NCBI GenBank assembly: GCA_963827655.1
Contig: CAWHCF010000038.1
Span: 32,001-96,000 of the forward strand
Direction of reading: 5' to 3'
DNA length: 64,000 bases
Source: an uncultured Acidobacteriota bacterium
GTDB taxonomy: Bacteria > Acidobacteriota > UBA6911
Both the position numbers and the translations under genes were made by a program. Of the stretch, positions 10,854-22,496 are shown piece after piece. Under the pieces are notes generated by a model. It saw nothing but the letters and a program-made list of their open reading frames with translations. It had not been told where the DNA came from and made no database searches. Position 1 is the first letter of the stretch. Each line of letters begins with the position of its first letter.

Positions 10854-11188
10854 GAACGTGTCAAAAAATGCAGCGGATGGTCCTCGATTGACCGGGCCCT
10901 TTGGCTTGCGCCAGGCCCGAAGGGCCGGCAGTGCGTAGGCCGGCCGTAAGGCCGGGAAAACAGTTCAGGTTTAGAACGAGCGCCGAAGGTGCGACACAGT
11001 CGAAGTGCCGGTCCTTCGGACCTCGGACTCAGGGTCTGCCATTCCCCCGCCCTGACGGGCGGGGCTAATTCACTGCCGGGCCTTCGGCCCTGTTACCCGC
11101 ACGCGCGCTGCGGTGCCAGCGAAATGCCCAAACTCCGGGGCGCGGGTCATCAGAACCCGCGCCACAGACCCAATTGTTTCACAGCTTC
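10854..11188. mobile_element. MITE family B with TTA duplication, containing a REP-like element
   Basis: TTA|GAACGTGTCAAAAAATG ... CAATTGTTTCACAGCTTC|TTA; end matches copies starting at 33834 and 54164. Confidence 0.65.
10913..11091. repeat. REP/REPIN-like composite palindrome
   Basis: AGGCCCGAAGGGCCGGCAGTG ... CACTGCCGGGCCTTCGGCCCT with internal tetraloop hairpins. Confidence 0.75.
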
Positions 11189-11229
11189 TTATGAACGGGA
11201 ATCGTGGTTCATCGCCGGTGAAGGCCTTT

Positions 11230-12099
11230 TCAAAGCCCCGGCACGCCCCAGGCCAGGGTAGGGTGTATGGGCCGCGCGGTCGCCTCATCCGTGTGCACCA
11301 CGCAATCCGGATGGCCTTGCAGAAGTGTTGAGGGATAGTCCGACGTCGGGTCGCCCAGCAGCGTAATGCGGAAGACGGCGCGATGCCGCTCCCCTCCGGC
11401 AAGGAAGAGGCGAATCTTCCGCGAGGCGAGGATGTCCCTGAAACCCAGAGTGACGGCCATGGGCGGGATCAAGTCGGAACTTCCGCCCGAAGAGTTGATG
11501 CTCTGGATCACGATCGAGTCATCGCCGAGCGCGACGATCCGGGTCAGCGAGTCTCGCATCTGATCCGGGCTGATCTTGTACCAGCGCGAGATGGGCGGAT
11601 CGTTGAAGGCCACATGCCCGTGGTACCCGATGCCTCCGAAACAGGTATCGATTCCGCCCACCGCCCGCATCTTTTCGCTGATGGCATCGGGAGCGAATGG
11701 GCTGGGAAAGTGAGTGTTATCGGGACTCGGACGCACAGCGGCGTCCAGCTTGCCAAAGACCTGGCGACGCATGAAACCCTCGAAGCTCAGCGGGTGGTCG
11801 AGCGCGAGCGGGCGTCCCTGCCAGTCCAGAAGTTCGTCCATCTGAAATGTAAACACGTTCTTCCAGCTGATTCGCTCGCGGTTGCAAATCTCAACCAGAC
11901 GGAAATATTGAGCTACGGGACCGACAGGCAGAATCCAGCGCGTCGGTTCATTCTTGGCGTTGTTGGAGCTGATCTCGTCAGCCATGGAGCGGGCAAAATG
12001 CTCCATCATGGCCGGGACGTCAGGAAACAAACGAACTCCCAGTCGAGCGCGGGTCAACAGTTCGGCGACCGGAAGGCTCAGCCATTGCTGCAGGCTCAT
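11230..12099 (-). CDS. Glucosamine-6-phosphate deaminase/isomerase-like protein
   Basis: TFQMDE, GGIGYHGHVAFNDP, PPMAVTLG motifs. Confidence 0.85.
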   Translation of the reverse strand: MSLQQWLSLPVAELLTRARLGVRLFPDVPAMMEHFARSMADEISSNNAKNEPTRWILPVGPVAQYFRLVEICNRERISWKNVFTFQMDELLDWQGRPLALDHPLSFEGFMRRQVFGKLDAAVRPSPDNTHFPSPFAPDAISEKMRAVGGIDTCFGGIGYHGHVAFNDPPISRWYKISPDQMRDSLTRIVALGDDSIVIQSINSSGGSSDLIPPMAVTLGFRDILASRKIRLFLAGGERHRAVFRITLLGDPTSDYPSTLLQGHPDCVVHTDEATARPIHPTLAWGVPGL

Positions 12100-12120
12100 C
12101 AAGGTGCCCTGAAGCGAAGG

Positions 12121-12176
12121 ATTATATAGCAACGATCCGAGGATAGGTTCGTGGTCATCTGAAGCCATGCTATACT
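12121..12176. promoter_or_regulatory. Putative divergent sigma70 -10 boxes
   Basis: TATAAT on minus strand (12121-12126); TGcTATACT on plus strand (12168-12176). Confidence 0.4.
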
Positions 12177-12188
12177 CGCCCGCCCTCA

Positions 12189-12225
12189 CTTCGTGTTTCT
12201 TGGTGTCCTTGTGTCTTCATGTGAT
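12189..12225 (-). repeat. Octamer-unit repeat
   Basis: ttcgtgtttcttggtgtccttgtgtcttcatgtgat. Confidence 0.7.
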
Positions 12226-12251
12226 TATCTGGCACTGCATGGAGCGTGAGC

Positions 12252-15047
12252 ATGGCTGGTCGAGACAAGCGGCGCGAATGTCAAATTGCTCTTTTAAGCT
12301 GTCTCATCATCTTTCCGGGTGTGCTTTTTGCCGGCGCCGCAGACTCATCCATCGTTAGAGAGGGAATCGTTACGGATGAGTCGGGTGCCTCGATCGCAAA
12401 TGCCAGGCTTATCGTACAGAGCACCCAGGGTTCCGTTTTGCAGGAGCATTTTACTGGCGAAGACGGAGCCTTCAGTGTTTCCGGATTGCCGCCCGGTTCC
12501 TATGTCCTCAAAGTGATGGCCGGAAACTTTCAAGCCCGTGAAATGAGTCTCGAGTTGACTCCAGTCGATACATCGAAGCTCAAGATCGTGTTGAGCCTCG
12601 AGTGGTTGCGGAATGAAGTTACGGTCACAGCCAGGCGCGGAGCCGTCGAAGAGATCGAGGACGCGGCGAATATCATCACGGTCAAAGATCAGGTCGATTT
12701 CCAGAGGCCGCTCGTGACCATCGGGAACGCGCTCGAAAACAGCGCGGGCATAATGGTGCAGCAGAGCACTTACGGTCAGGTGTCGCCATTTCTGCGAGGT
12801 TTGACGGGGTATCAGGTTCTCAATCTCATTGATGGAATCCGGTTCAACAATTCCACATTCAGATCCGGCCCAAATCAATACCTCGCTTTTGTCGAGCCCA
12901 GTCAGGCACAACGAATCGAGGCGCTGCTTGGCCCGACAGGCTCTCAATACGGGAGTGACGCGCTGGGTGGAACGATTCAGGTATTGACGCTCGAACCAAG
13001 GTTCAGTCGAGAAGGAAGATTCGACCTCCATGGCGATCTGCAGACTTTCGGGGCAAGTGCCGATGCTTCTTCCGGAGGCAATCTGGGCCTCTCTCTCGGC
13101 AGCGATCGCCGCGCGCTGTTACTCGGCGCCACGTGGCGGCGGCATAACGACCTGCGCGGAGGCAGCGGCCGCGACTCCCGCCACGTCTTCCATCGCTTCT
13201 TTGGTTTGTCCGACGACCAGATTCGGGATCTCGAGGGGAGCCGTCAGCAGGACACCGGTTTTACTCAATATGGGTGGCACAGTAAACTGGCAATGCGGCT
13301 GGCCAGCGATAATAACCTCACGCTCTGGTATCAACGCAGCGACCTCGATCGTGTTCGAAGCTACAAGGATCTGTGGGGAGGGCTCGGGAGACTGCGCTAC
13401 GATTTCACTCCCCAGGACCTGCAATTCTTCTATGCCCGCTATGAAAAACTGGGCCTCGGCTTCATCGATTCCTTGTCCGGCACCTTTTCCGTGAATTCAC
13501 AGGCGGACGGATCCGTCCGCCAGGGATTGCAATCGACGGACCCGGTTGTCGACGATGACGTCTCGGTTAAGGCCCTCGGTTATTCTTTGCAAGGCACGAC
13601 TCACCTCGGTCGCCGTCACGCGCTCGTATTTGGCGGAGAAATCTACGACGAGCGGATCGGCGCCAGCCGATTCGATTTCGACCCCCGAACCAACGCGACG
13701 GTACAGAAACGCGCCCGCTATCCGGACGGCTCTCGCTATACAACCTATGGCCTGTTTGCCCAGAATTCGGCCGACCTGATCCATAGAAAACTGCGCGCTG
13801 TCCTCGCCGGTCGTTTCACCGGGGTTGACTTTCGCACGTTCGCAGAACGAAACCGCGATGCTTCCGGATCTAACCTGGGTGTAATCGATGTTTCGCAAAC
13901 GTATCAGGACCTCACTTTCAATACTAACCTGGTGTGGCAACTGAATGAGCTGATCGCTCTTAATTTTCTCGTCGGTCGCGGATTTCGATCACCTAATCTG
14001 AATGATCTGGGCGCGCTGGGACTCAACGACCTGGGCTACGAAGTACCCGGGCAGGATGCGGCGGCCTTTAACGGTCTCATTGGAAGCAGCGATGGTGAAG
14101 ACGCGCTGTCAACCGGCAGGAATGTCGACAGGCTCGCTGCGGAAAGGATGTTCAACTACGAGTTTGGTGTGACGGTTCGCCACCGTCGATACTACGCTCG
14201 CGCGCACGTCTTCGATGCCGAGTTGAAGGACCCCATCGTGCGGCGAACGCTTCTATTCTCGGCCGATCTGGTTCCCCCGTCCCTGGCGGGCATTCCAGTT
14301 AGCGCCATAGCTGCCACCCCCTCGCAACGCGGGCAGGGTGTGGTAACTGTGGCCACAAGCGCCGACCCTCGAGCTGTGAAGGCTTTCGTCAATGACGGAC
14401 AGATTCGCTATTACGGCGTCGATGCCGTTTTCCACTGCTCTCTTTCATCCCGTGTTTCGGCTGACGTTAATTACACCTACCTCGTGGGACGAGAGCTCAA
14501 TCCGAATCGCTTTGTGCGGCGCCTTCCCCCTCAGCAAGGCTTTCTTGCCTTGCACTATCAGCCTGAAGGCGGAAGGTTCTGGGTCGATGTCAGCGGGAAC
14601 TTCGTGGGTGCGCAGGATCGCTTGAGCGGCGGAGACCTGACGGATGAACGGATAGGGGCGTCGCGGCGTCGGCGCGACATTCTTGACTTCTTCCAGGGAT
14701 CTCTGGTTCGGCGCTACATTCAGCCCGGCCTCGATGGCGTCATCGGAACCGCCGATGATTTGTTCGCCCCGACCGGTGAAACGTCGAACCAGATTCGCGA
14801 CCGCGTGCTGCCGGTCGGCAAGGTGATCAACGGCGTGGAGATCGTTGACGATAACAGCCGGGTCCCCTTGTTTCTGTCGAATCCGGGTTTCGTTTCCTTT
14901 ACCCTGTCCGGCGGTTTCCGGCTAACCGAGAAAGCGACCGTCAGTCTTGCGCTGCAGAACCTTCTGGATCGGAATTATCGTATCCACGGGTCCGGGATTG
15001 ACGCCCCGGGAATCAACGCCTTCGTGAGCTTGAAATACTCCTTCTGA
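12252..15047 (+). CDS. TonB-dependent receptor with N-terminal carboxypeptidase-regulatory-like domain
   Basis: EVTVTAR TonB box, plug motifs ([15 protein letters not shown]), NLLDRNY, C-terminal Phe. Confidence 0.92.
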   Translation: MAGRDKRRECQIALLSCLIIFPGVLFAGAADSSIVREGIVTDESGASIANARLIVQSTQGSVLQEHFTGEDGAFSVSGLPPGSYVLKVMAGNFQAREMSLELTPVDTSKLKIVLSLEWLRNEVTVTARRGAVEEIEDAANIITVKDQVDFQRPLVTIGNALENSAGIMVQQSTYGQVSPFLRGLTGYQVLNLIDGIRFNNSTFRSGPNQYLAFVEPSQAQRIEALLGPTGSQYGSDALGGTIQVLTLEPRFSREGRFDLHGDLQTFGASADASSGGNLGLSLGSDRRALLLGATWRRHNDLRGGSGRDSRHVFHRFFGLSDDQIRDLEGSRQQDTGFTQYGWHSKLAMRLASDNNLTLWYQRSDLDRVRSYKDLWGGLGRLRYDFTPQDLQFFYARYEKLGLGFIDSLSGTFSVNSQADGSVRQGLQSTDPVVDDDVSVKALGYSLQGTTHLGRRHALVFGGEIYDERIGASRFDFDPRTNATVQKRARYPDGSRYTTYGLFAQNSADLIHRKLRAVLAGRFTGVDFRTFAERNRDASGSNLGVIDVSQTYQDLTFNTNLVWQLNELIALNFLVGRGFRSPNLNDLGALGLNDLGYEVPGQDAAAFNGLIGSSDGEDALSTGRNVDRLAAERMFNYEFGVTVRHRRYYARAHVFDAELKDPIVRRTLLFSADLVPPSLAGIPVSAIAATPSQRGQGVVTVATSADPRAVKAFVNDGQIRYYGVDAVFHCSLSSRVSADVNYTYLVGRELNPNRFVRRLPPQQGFLALHYQPEGGRFWVDVSGNFVGAQDRLSGGDLTDERIGASRRRRDILDFFQGSLVRRYIQPGLDGVIGTADDLFAPTGETSNQIRDRVLPVGKVINGVEIVDDNSRVPLFLSNPGFVSFTLSGGFRLTEKATVSLALQNLLDRNYRIHGSGIDAPGINAFVSLKYSF

Positions 15048-15050
15048 TTC

Positions 15051-15087
15051 CGCGGAACAAATACACACCAGACGCGAGAACACGAGG
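15051..15087 (+). repeat. Octamer-unit repeat, degenerate
   Basis: cgcggaacaaatacacaccagacgcgagaacacgagg, including part of the spacer. Confidence 0.6.
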
Positions 15088-15954
15088 TTACTGATTCGTT
15101 GAATCGGGTTTTCCGTTAGTCCGCCGGATGACTCCGGAGTCAACGGTCTTTCCGGGACGGCTGATGGTCTGGAAATAAAGTTGATCGCCGGCGATTTCAA
15201 CCAGCATGAAGGAATTATCCTGGTCGAAACCTTTGGCGGTCAAATCGGTCTTCGCCAGGTTGCCCTCGCGCAGCTTGGCGCTTCCTCCCTGCGTGAAATG
15301 GTAGATTCCTTTTTGCGGCTTGAGCCGCTCGTAAAAATGCTCGTGTCCGGCAAACACCACGGAGACGTTGTGTTTCAGAAGTACCGGTTCGAGGATTTTT
15401 CTCAACTCCACCGCCGGTCCGTGCTTTTCACCCGACGAGTACAAAGGATGGTGGAAGAAACAGATCTTCCAATCGCTGCCGGAACCGCTCAACTCTTTCT
15501 CCAACCACTCGAGCTGCTTCTTGTCCATGTAATTGCTGTCGAGTGCAAAGAAGCGCACGCCGGCTTTGGGCCTGAAGCTGTAGTAGCGTTCCCCGCTCAT
15601 GTTGAATAGTTTGTAAAAGCGCTGGTTGGGATCATCGTGATTTCCCAGAGCCGCATAGAACTTGATCCCGGCATCGAGAAGCGGCTTGTAGGGGCGCTCA
15701 AACTTCTTCTCAAAGTCTTTGGCCTCCTCGTTCCCGTAAAGGTTGTCTCCCAGCATCAGGACGAACTCGTAAGGAAATTTACTGCGATACTCGATGAGCG
15801 TTTTACCAACTTGATACTGAGATGTCGTGCCGGTACCGGTATCGCCGATCACGGCGAAACGGAGCGAGTCCCGGACTAAAGGGAGAGTCAGCTGCTGGCT
15901 CCAGGCCAGCTGCGGGAAAACCACCAGCAACCATAGAGAGATCACAGAACGCAT
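15088..15954 (-). CDS. Calcineurin-like metallophosphoesterase, secreted
   Basis: GDTG, GDNLY, GNHD, HHP, GHEH motifs. Confidence 0.92.
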   Translation of the reverse strand: MRSVISLWLLVVFPQLAWSQQLTLPLVRDSLRFAVIGDTGTGTTSQYQVGKTLIEYRSKFPYEFVLMLGDNLYGNEEAKDFEKKFERPYKPLLDAGIKFYAALGNHDDPNQRFYKLFNMSGERYYSFRPKAGVRFFALDSNYMDKKQLEWLEKELSGSGSDWKICFFHHPLYSSGEKHGPAVELRKILEPVLLKHNVSVVFAGHEHFYERLKPQKGIYHFTQGGSAKLREGNLAKTDLTAKGFDQDNSFMLVEIAGDQLYFQTISRPGKTVDSGVIRRTNGKPDSTNQ

Positions 15955-15973
15955 GATGCCCTCCTCGCCGCGG

Positions 15974-16568
15974 TTACGTGGCCGGAACCGCGTCGAGAAT
16001 GTAATCCACGATGATGTTAGCCTTGCATCTCGCAGGATGAGGTGCCGCCCGACGAAGCGATAGTCCAGTTCCTTCGGGAGCTGCGGCAGTTTAAGAAGGA
16101 GAGCCGGAGGTACAAGCGACAAGGGCGCGCCGTCAGGATAGACCGCATTTGCTCCAAGCCGAACCGGGCTTCCCTCGGATCTTGGGTTTCCTTCCTTTAT
16201 CGCCGCGCGAACGCGAGCCCCATCCGTGCCTTTCGATTCGCCCCGGATTATTCCAAGAAACAGCTTCCGGGCCTCCGGGAAAAAAATATCGCCCTGCCCG
16301 GGCCTGCGGAACGCGCCTGGCGGATCGCGGAAGCAAGCGCTTCTTCACGCGCATTAATCTGCGCGGGATCGTCCGTCCGTTTCAGCTTCGGGACGTCTTT
16401 CTCCGCGCGCTTGTGCAACTCCACATATTCGGCGACCCGATCATTGAATTCTTTGAGGATCAGCGCGTCCGGGTTCGTGCGCTTGTCGTCCTGCTGGAAA
16501 GCACCAGGCACAACTGGCGTGAATATCAGGAACAATATCAGACCTGACACTCCGGCTTTTGTTTTCAT
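15974..16568 (-). CDS. Hypothetical secreted protein, multiple frameshifts
   Basis: Signal peptide, FNDRVAEYVELH, then PPALLLKLPQLPKELDYRFVGRHLILRD and NIIVDYI in successive frames. Confidence 0.65.
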
Positions 16569-16901
16569 GGCTCTAAGAGCCCTCCGTAATTTGATCGGGG
16601 ATCGACCCCAGTTGTTTCTCATGGTCCACATCCGAATCGCTCCAACGCGCCGGATCTTCTGGGACGATTCCGAAAGCTCCCTCGTTAGCTCAAGGCAAGA
16701 GTCGCGCCGCTCGCGGGTTTGAACTTACAACTGATTACGAGAGAGTTGCTTAGATGCCCGGGCGGACTGAGATAAAGGGACGGCTGGAAAAGAAAAATCG
16801 GGAAAATTTCCCGCCACGATGCGGGTTAATCGCGTAACCAAATCCGAGGGAAACTCTCGCATGGGCAAACCATCAGGAGCAAGCAGGACGGAGGTTAGTT
16901 C

Positions 16902-18183
16902 ATGTCGCGTCAGAATCTACTTTTCAAACTTCTTCCACTCCTGCTGTTTGTTATGACTCCGCGCACCGGTCTCGGTTACTCGGTCCTTACCCATGAGGCA
17001 ATCATCGATTCAGCCTGGGTGGATTTGATCCGGCCTCTGATCCTCAGGCGGTATCCGGATGCCTCCGAGGACGCGCTGCGTGAAGCCCACGCCTACGCGT
17101 ACGGTGGATGCGTTATTCAAGACGTAGGGTATTATCCTTTCTCCAACAAATTCTTCAGCGACCTCGTACATTGCGTCCGAAGCGGAGACTTTGTCGAATC
17201 GTTGATTCACGAGTCGCAGAATCCCCACGAGTTCGCCTTCGCGCTTGGCGCGCTGGCCCACTACTGCGCCGATAGTAACGGCCATGCCATAGCCGTCAAC
17301 CGCGCGGTGCCCCTGCTTTACAAGAAGCTGGCCGAGAAGTTCGGCGACGAAATTTCCTTTGCCGACAACCCCAAGGCACACCTCCGGCTAGAATTCGGGT
17401 TCGATGTGTTACAGGTCGCGCGCGGTCATTACGGTGATGAAGCCTACCGGGACTTCATAGGATTCAAGGTGTCGAAAGACTGTGCTGGAGCGCGCCTTTC
17501 TGCAGACTTACGGCCTCGACCTGAAAGAAGTTCTTACCAGCCCGGACCTAGCGCTCGGGACCTATCGGCGCGGTGTGAGTTCCATCATTCCGAAGATGAC
17601 CCAGGTAGCCTGGGAATGGAAGAAAGATGAAATTCAGAGTGTGGGCCCCACCGCGACGTACGAGAAATTCATCTTTAACTTGTCGCGCGCGGAGTACGAA
17701 AAACAATGGGGGAAAGACTACGAGGAGCCTGGATTGCTCGTCAAGTTCCTGGGCCTGTTGCTCCGGATCGTGCCGAAAGTCGGACCCTTCAAAGCCCTGT
17801 CGTTCAAGATTCTCACGCCGGAAGCCGAGCAGTTGTTCATGAAAAGCTTTAATGCGACGCTCGACACCTACCGTGCGCTGGTCGATCAACTTCACACCGG
17901 TCGCCTCGATTTGACAAATAACAATCTCGATCTGGGAAGGCCTACCGGGCCGGGCGAGTATGAAATAACCGACGAAGCCTACGCGCGGCTTCTGGATAAG
18001 CTCGCGGAGAACAGATTCGAGAACGTAAATCCCGACTTGCGTGCCGACATTGTTGCTTTCTACAGCAACCTCAACGCCCCGTTTGTTACCAAGAAAAAGA
18101 AGAAACACTGGCGCAAGACCATTGAGGCACTCGCAGCCCTGAAGGCAGCGATGGAGGCACTTAGTGTTTCTTCGTGTCTTTGA
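16902..18183 (+). CDS. Zinc-dependent phospholipase C family protein, frameshift near 17480
   Basis: YSVLTHEAIID, DLVH, LAHYCAD, HLRLEFGFD; continues in ORF 17482..18183. Confidence 0.8.
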
Positions 18184-18237
18184 GTCTTTGTGGTATTTGT
18201 TACACAGTTCTAACCACGAAGAAACGAAGACACAAGG
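18160..18237. repeat. Octamer-unit repeat, full inverted form
   Basis: ...tctttgtggt-atttgttacacagttcta-accacgaagaaacgaagacacaagg. Confidence 0.85.
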
Positions 18238-18254
18238 AATCGGGCGGAGGAGGT

Positions 18255-20561
18255 ATGAAACGACACATCGCCACGGCGCTGCTGCTCCTTGCATGCACTC
18301 TGTCGACCCATGCCGGACAAACCGCCGCCGATTCGTGGGCGCCGGTTTCGGGCCACATCATGACTCGATGGGCCGAGAAAGTTTCTCCGGATAACGCCTG
18401 GCGCGAGTACCCGCGCCCACGAATGCAGCGCGGCGAGAATAGCTGGGTAAACCTCAACGGGCTTTGGGATTTCGGCCGGACCAAATCCGCCGAACTGCCG
18501 GATCCGGGCGTGTATCGCCGGAAAATCCTCGTTCCCTTTCCCGTGGAATCCGCCCTCTCCGGCGTCAAGGAGGCGGTCGATGGAACAGACTTCCTGTTTT
18601 ATCGCCGCCGGTTCGTAAAGCCGGATGATCTTGCGGGGCGGCGACTGCTGCTTCATTTCGGCGCCGTGGATTGGCATTCCGCCGTCTGGACCAATGGCAA
18701 GCGGATCGGCGAACACAAAGGCGGTTACGACCCTTTCTATTTCGACATAACCGATGCGCTGTCGGTTGAGCGCGAACAGGAAGTCGTCATCCGCGTGTCG
18801 GATCCGACCGACGACTACACACAACCGCGAGGAAAGCAGATGACGCGCCCTTACGGCATCTGGTACACGCCGGTCTCGGGCATCTGGCAGACGGTCTGGC
18901 TGGAGGTTGTGCCCGAATCTCATGTGCAATCGCTGACGATCACGCCCAACATCGATCAGCGCGAGGTCATCCTGCAGGTCAAGGGTTCGCAGGCAGCCGC
19001 CGGAGCCGAGGTTGTGATTGAGGCGCCCGCCATCCGCAACGGGGACACAACGGAAGGGGTCCGTCTCACGGCGAACGGGCGCATGGACGAGGCGATCAAG
19101 TTGTCCATTCCCAATCCGAGGCTCTGGTCGCCCGATCAGCCCTGGCTCTATGATGTGACGATCTCCTTGAGACAACGCGGCGCGATAGTGGATCGCGTGA
19201 CGAGCTACTTCGGCATGCGGAAAATTTCTCTGGGCCACGACGCCAATGGCTACGCTCGATTATTGCTGAACAACAAGGAAACGTTTCATTGGGGCCTGCT
19301 CGACCAGGGATGGTGGCCGGACGGGCTTTATGCCGCTCCCACCGATGAGGCGCTCCGGTACGATATCGAAGTTGCCAAGAAACTTGGTTTCAACCTGCTG
19401 CGCAAGCACGTCAAGGTCGAGCCGGAACGGTGGTACTACCATTGCGACCGCCTGGGTATTCTGGTGTGGCAGGACATGCCCAATGGCAACCTGCGGCAGA
19501 ACAAACCCGACAACCTGATAGTCGCCCCCCATCAACCCGATGCGAAGCGTGACCCTGAATCGGCGCGCCAATTCGAGCAGGAGCTCAAGGCCATGATTGA
19601 TGCTCGCCGGAGCCATCCCTGCATCGTGGCCTGGGTGCCCTTCAATGAAGGCTGGGGGCAGTATGACACCATCCGGATCACGAATTGGATAAGGGCATAC
19701 GATCCGAGCCGGCTGATTGTTCCGGCAGCAGGTTGGTCGGACCGGGGTAATGGCGATATCTCGGACAACCATATGTATCCAGGCCCTGGCATGGAACCGG
19801 CTGAGATACGCCGCGCCGTGGTCCTGGGCGAGTTCGGCGGGCTCGGGTTGCCGCTGGACGGCCATCTGTGGCTGAACCAGTCAAATTGGGGATATCGCAC
19901 CTATAACACGTCTGAAGAACTTCGCGCGCGGTTTCGTGAGCTTCACCATCACCTCCGTCCGATCAGATCCCGAGGCATGGCCGGAGCCATTTACACTCAG
20001 GTCTCGGACGTCGAAATCGAGGTCAACGGTCTCATGACGTACGACCGCAAGGTCCTCAAATTCGATCCGGCCGAGATGAGTGAGCTGAGCCGGCAGCTCT
20101 TCGCCCCCCACAAACTGGCGACCTGGCTGGTGAACGATTCCGAAACCCTGCCTCATGCGTGGCTCTACTCCGATGAGCCTCCTCCGGCAAATTGGGCGCA
20201 GCCGGATTTCGACGATTCCGCGTGGCTCAGTGCCGACGCGCCCTTTGGCAACGACGCCAACACGGTGTTTCCACCGGGGAGCCTCATGAAGGGCGACCGG
20301 ATCTGGTTGAGGAAGAAGTTCACGCTCGCTGACCGCCCGGGCGGTGCCAGCCTTAAGGTTACCTATGGTGGGAGAACCAAGGTCTATATCAACGGCCAGA
20401 TCGTCGCCGAATACGACTGGGACCGCTCTCGTCACTACGGAGACATCAACATCAGCGGTCGGCTCGATGCGCTGCGCATCGGCGAAAACGTTCTGGCGGT
20501 GGAGACTCAAAAGACCCATGAGCGGGAGAAACGCGTCGATATGGGCCTTTATGTCTACTGA
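18255..20561 (+). CDS. Glycoside hydrolase family 2
   Basis: EYPRP, LHFGAVD, SGIWQTVWLE, LDQGWWPDG, RKHVKVE, FNEGWGQ, GEFGG. Confidence 0.92.
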   Translation: MKRHIATALLLLACTLSTHAGQTAADSWAPVSGHIMTRWAEKVSPDNAWREYPRPRMQRGENSWVNLNGLWDFGRTKSAELPDPGVYRRKILVPFPVESALSGVKEAVDGTDFLFYRRRFVKPDDLAGRRLLLHFGAVDWHSAVWTNGKRIGEHKGGYDPFYFDITDALSVEREQEVVIRVSDPTDDYTQPRGKQMTRPYGIWYTPVSGIWQTVWLEVVPESHVQSLTITPNIDQREVILQVKGSQAAAGAEVVIEAPAIRNGDTTEGVRLTANGRMDEAIKLSIPNPRLWSPDQPWLYDVTISLRQRGAIVDRVTSYFGMRKISLGHDANGYARLLLNNKETFHWGLLDQGWWPDGLYAAPTDEALRYDIEVAKKLGFNLLRKHVKVEPERWYYHCDRLGILVWQDMPNGNLRQNKPDNLIVAPHQPDAKRDPESARQFEQELKAMIDARRSHPCIVAWVPFNEGWGQYDTIRITNWIRAYDPSRLIVPAAGWSDRGNGDISDNHMYPGPGMEPAEIRRAVVLGEFGGLGLPLDGHLWLNQSNWGYRTYNTSEELRARFRELHHHLRPIRSRGMAGAIYTQVSDVEIEVNGLMTYDRKVLKFDPAEMSELSRQLFAPHKLATWLVNDSETLPHAWLYSDEPPPANWAQPDFDDSAWLSADAPFGNDANTVFPPGSLMKGDRIWLRKKFTLADRPGGASLKVTYGGRTKVYINGQIVAEYDWDRSRHYGDINISGRLDALRIGENVLAVETQKTHEREKRVDMGLYVY

Positions 20562-20589
20562 ACATTGGCCGCGGCGGATTCTCTGGCAT

Positions 20590-20613
20590 GCGTTTCTTCG
20601 TGTCTTCGCGGTA
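20590..20613 (-). repeat. Octamer-unit repeat, short copy
   Basis: gcgtttcttcgtgtcttcgcggt. Confidence 0.7.
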
Positions 20614-20619
20614 GGGAGG

Positions 20620-22200
20620 CTACCGCCAGGCTGCCGGGTGAGCTAGTTCGGCGGATTGTGACAGCGGCCCAGCAGACTTGAATATCCAAATACCTGCGCT
20701 GTTGTTCATGTGCTGGTCATAGCCACCGCTGATCAGGACCCGTCCATCCCTTAGCGTCGCGCTGGCCGCGTAGTACCATGCCCGTTCCAGGCTTCCGCCA
20801 CCGACGCTAAACCGGCCGCGCGACGGATCGTAGATTTCCACACGGCGGCCTGCGCCGGCCACGACGACCTTTCCGTCGCGGCTCGCAGTCACGGCTCCGG
20901 TGAACTTGAAGCGAGGCCGATGCATTCCGCTGGCCGCAGTGAACTTGTTGGTATCGGGGTCGAAAATCTCGGCGCTCCTGCGCTGTCCATTCCAGTCGCG
21001 CTCGTCCGATCCGCCGGCGATGAGAACTTTGCCGTCGTGCAGTAGCGTCGCCGAGTGTTTGTAGCGCTTTGAACTCATATTCCCCGCCGCAACGAAGATG
21101 TTCGACTCCGGGTCATACATTTCGGCCGATGCGAGCACCGCTCCCGCGCTCGATCTTCCTCCCGCAATCAACACCCTTCCGTCCGTCAGGAGAGTGGCTG
21201 TGTGCGCCGCGCGCGGCGACTTCATCTCGCCGGTCGTACGGAAGGTGCGAGTGGTTGGATCGAATAGTTCCGCCACCGCGCTGGGACTCGATACGCTCCC
21301 ACCCGTGATCAACACCTTTCCGTTTTTGAGCAGAGTTGCAGCATGACGCTCTCGCTCGACGTTCAAGTTCCCTGCAGATATGAATCTACCTGTGGCCGGC
21401 TGATAGAGCTCGGCGCTCGAAGTTACGCCGCCGCCCGTCAGGAGTACATCGCCGTGAGAGAGCAGGGTAGCGGTGTGGCCTGCGCGAGCGACTGACATGT
21501 CGCCGGTAGGCGTCGATCTTCCTGTCTTCGGGTCGTAGAGTTCCGCCGAGGCCGCAAGCACCTCCTCGCCTGTCACACTCACCATTCCGCCCGCCAAGAG
21601 GATTCGTCCATCGGGAAGCAATGTTGCGGTGTGGGCCGAGCGCGGCGCGAGCATCTTTCCGGCAAGATCCACTCTCCCGTTTCGTTCATCCGCTTGCAGA
21701 AACTCGCCGGTGGAAGCGATGATCCTGGGCGTAAACCCAACTACGGCAAGTATCAGCCCGCCGGCGATTCCTCTAAACAGCGAGTCCTTTTTGGCGCAGG
21801 TTTCCCCGCAGTTGACTGAGTACATCCAACCGAACACCAGGCTCATTGCGAAAAAAACAAATGTGAACAGAACCGCTTCCTCGACCGGCAGGTTTCGAAA
21901 GACGAATGCGCGAATCCCTGACACCGCCGCGACTATGCTCGTGATGAGCAGCGCGCTGGCGAGGGGGGAAACGAAAGTCGTTTGAGTGACGTTGATCTTG
22001 CGTCCCAGGATTATCAGGGCTGGAAACGCGACGGCCCCGCACAAAATCAACCCGCCCAGTCCAAGCATCGAGCCGAACATCACAAGGTCGAACAGAGTGA
22101 AGTCTTCCGGCGAGTATTCCCAAATGGAGGCGGCCGTTATGGCCGCTCCTGCCAGCCATGCAGCCGCAAAAGCCACCAGAAACCTTGTTGATGTTTTCAT
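20620..22200 (-). CDS. Membrane-anchored Kelch/galactose-oxidase-type beta-propeller protein
   Basis: About five N-terminal hydrophobic segments; repeated [19 protein letters not shown]...AELYDP. Confidence 0.85.
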   Translation of the reverse strand: MKTSTRFLVAFAAAWLAGAAITAASIWEYSPEDFTLFDLVMFGSMLGLGGLILCGAVAFPALIILGRKINVTQTTFVSPLASALLITSIVAAVSGIRAFVFRNLPVEEAVLFTFVFFAMSLVFGWMYSVNCGETCAKKDSLFRGIAGGLILAVVGFTPRIIASTGEFLQADERNGRVDLAGKMLAPRSAHTATLLPDGRILLAGGMVSVTGEEVLAASAELYDPKTGRSTPTGDMSVARAGHTATLLSHGDVLLTGGGVTSSAELYQPATGRFISAGNLNVERERHAATLLKNGKVLITGGSVSSPSAVAELFDPTTRTFRTTGEMKSPRAAHTATLLTDGRVLIAGGRSSAGAVLASAEMYDPESNIFVAAGNMSSKRYKHSATLLHDGKVLIAGGSDERDWNGQRRSAEIFDPDTNKFTAASGMHRPRFKFTGAVTASRDGKVVVAGAGRRVEIYDPSRGRFSVGGGSLERAWYYAASATLRDGRVLISGGYDQHMNNSAGIWIFKSAGPLSQSAELAHPAAWR

Positions 22201-22210
22201 TTCACCAGTA

Positions 22211-22247
22211 CCTCGCGTCTTTGCGTCTTCGTGGTAAATCTTGTTCC
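22211..22247 (-). repeat. Octamer-unit repeat
   Basis: cctcgcgtctttgcgtcttcgtggtaaatcttgttcc. Confidence 0.75.
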
Positions 22248-22262
22248 AGGCTAACGATCTTA

Positions 22263-22496
22263 GGGTTCGCGCAGAAATAGGTTCGCATTCTGCTGCAGGC
22301 CCCCAGGGCCCGCTGGCGAGGCGCGAGCGACGATGCATACCCGGTGCGGTACGTGAGGAGCGAGCAACAAAGCCAGCGGGCCTGCGGGCCGCAGCCCGAA
22401 GGGGCGCGATCCTCAGCGTGCTTAGCGAACAGAAACCGGTTCATGATTGACCGCGTACTCTCGCGCCAGAATGTGAAGTTGTTTCTGCGCGAGCCC
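22263..22496. mobile_element. MITE family A, copy 1 (TTA duplication)
   Basis: TTA|GGGTTCGCGCAGAAA ... TTTCTGCGCGAGCCC|TTA; near-identical to 52476..52697. Confidence 0.88.

Noticed and set aside
16800-16839. Short palindromes GGGAAAATTTCCC and GGTTA-N6-TAACC between divergent genes
   Set aside because: Single short occurrences that cannot be distinguished from chance.
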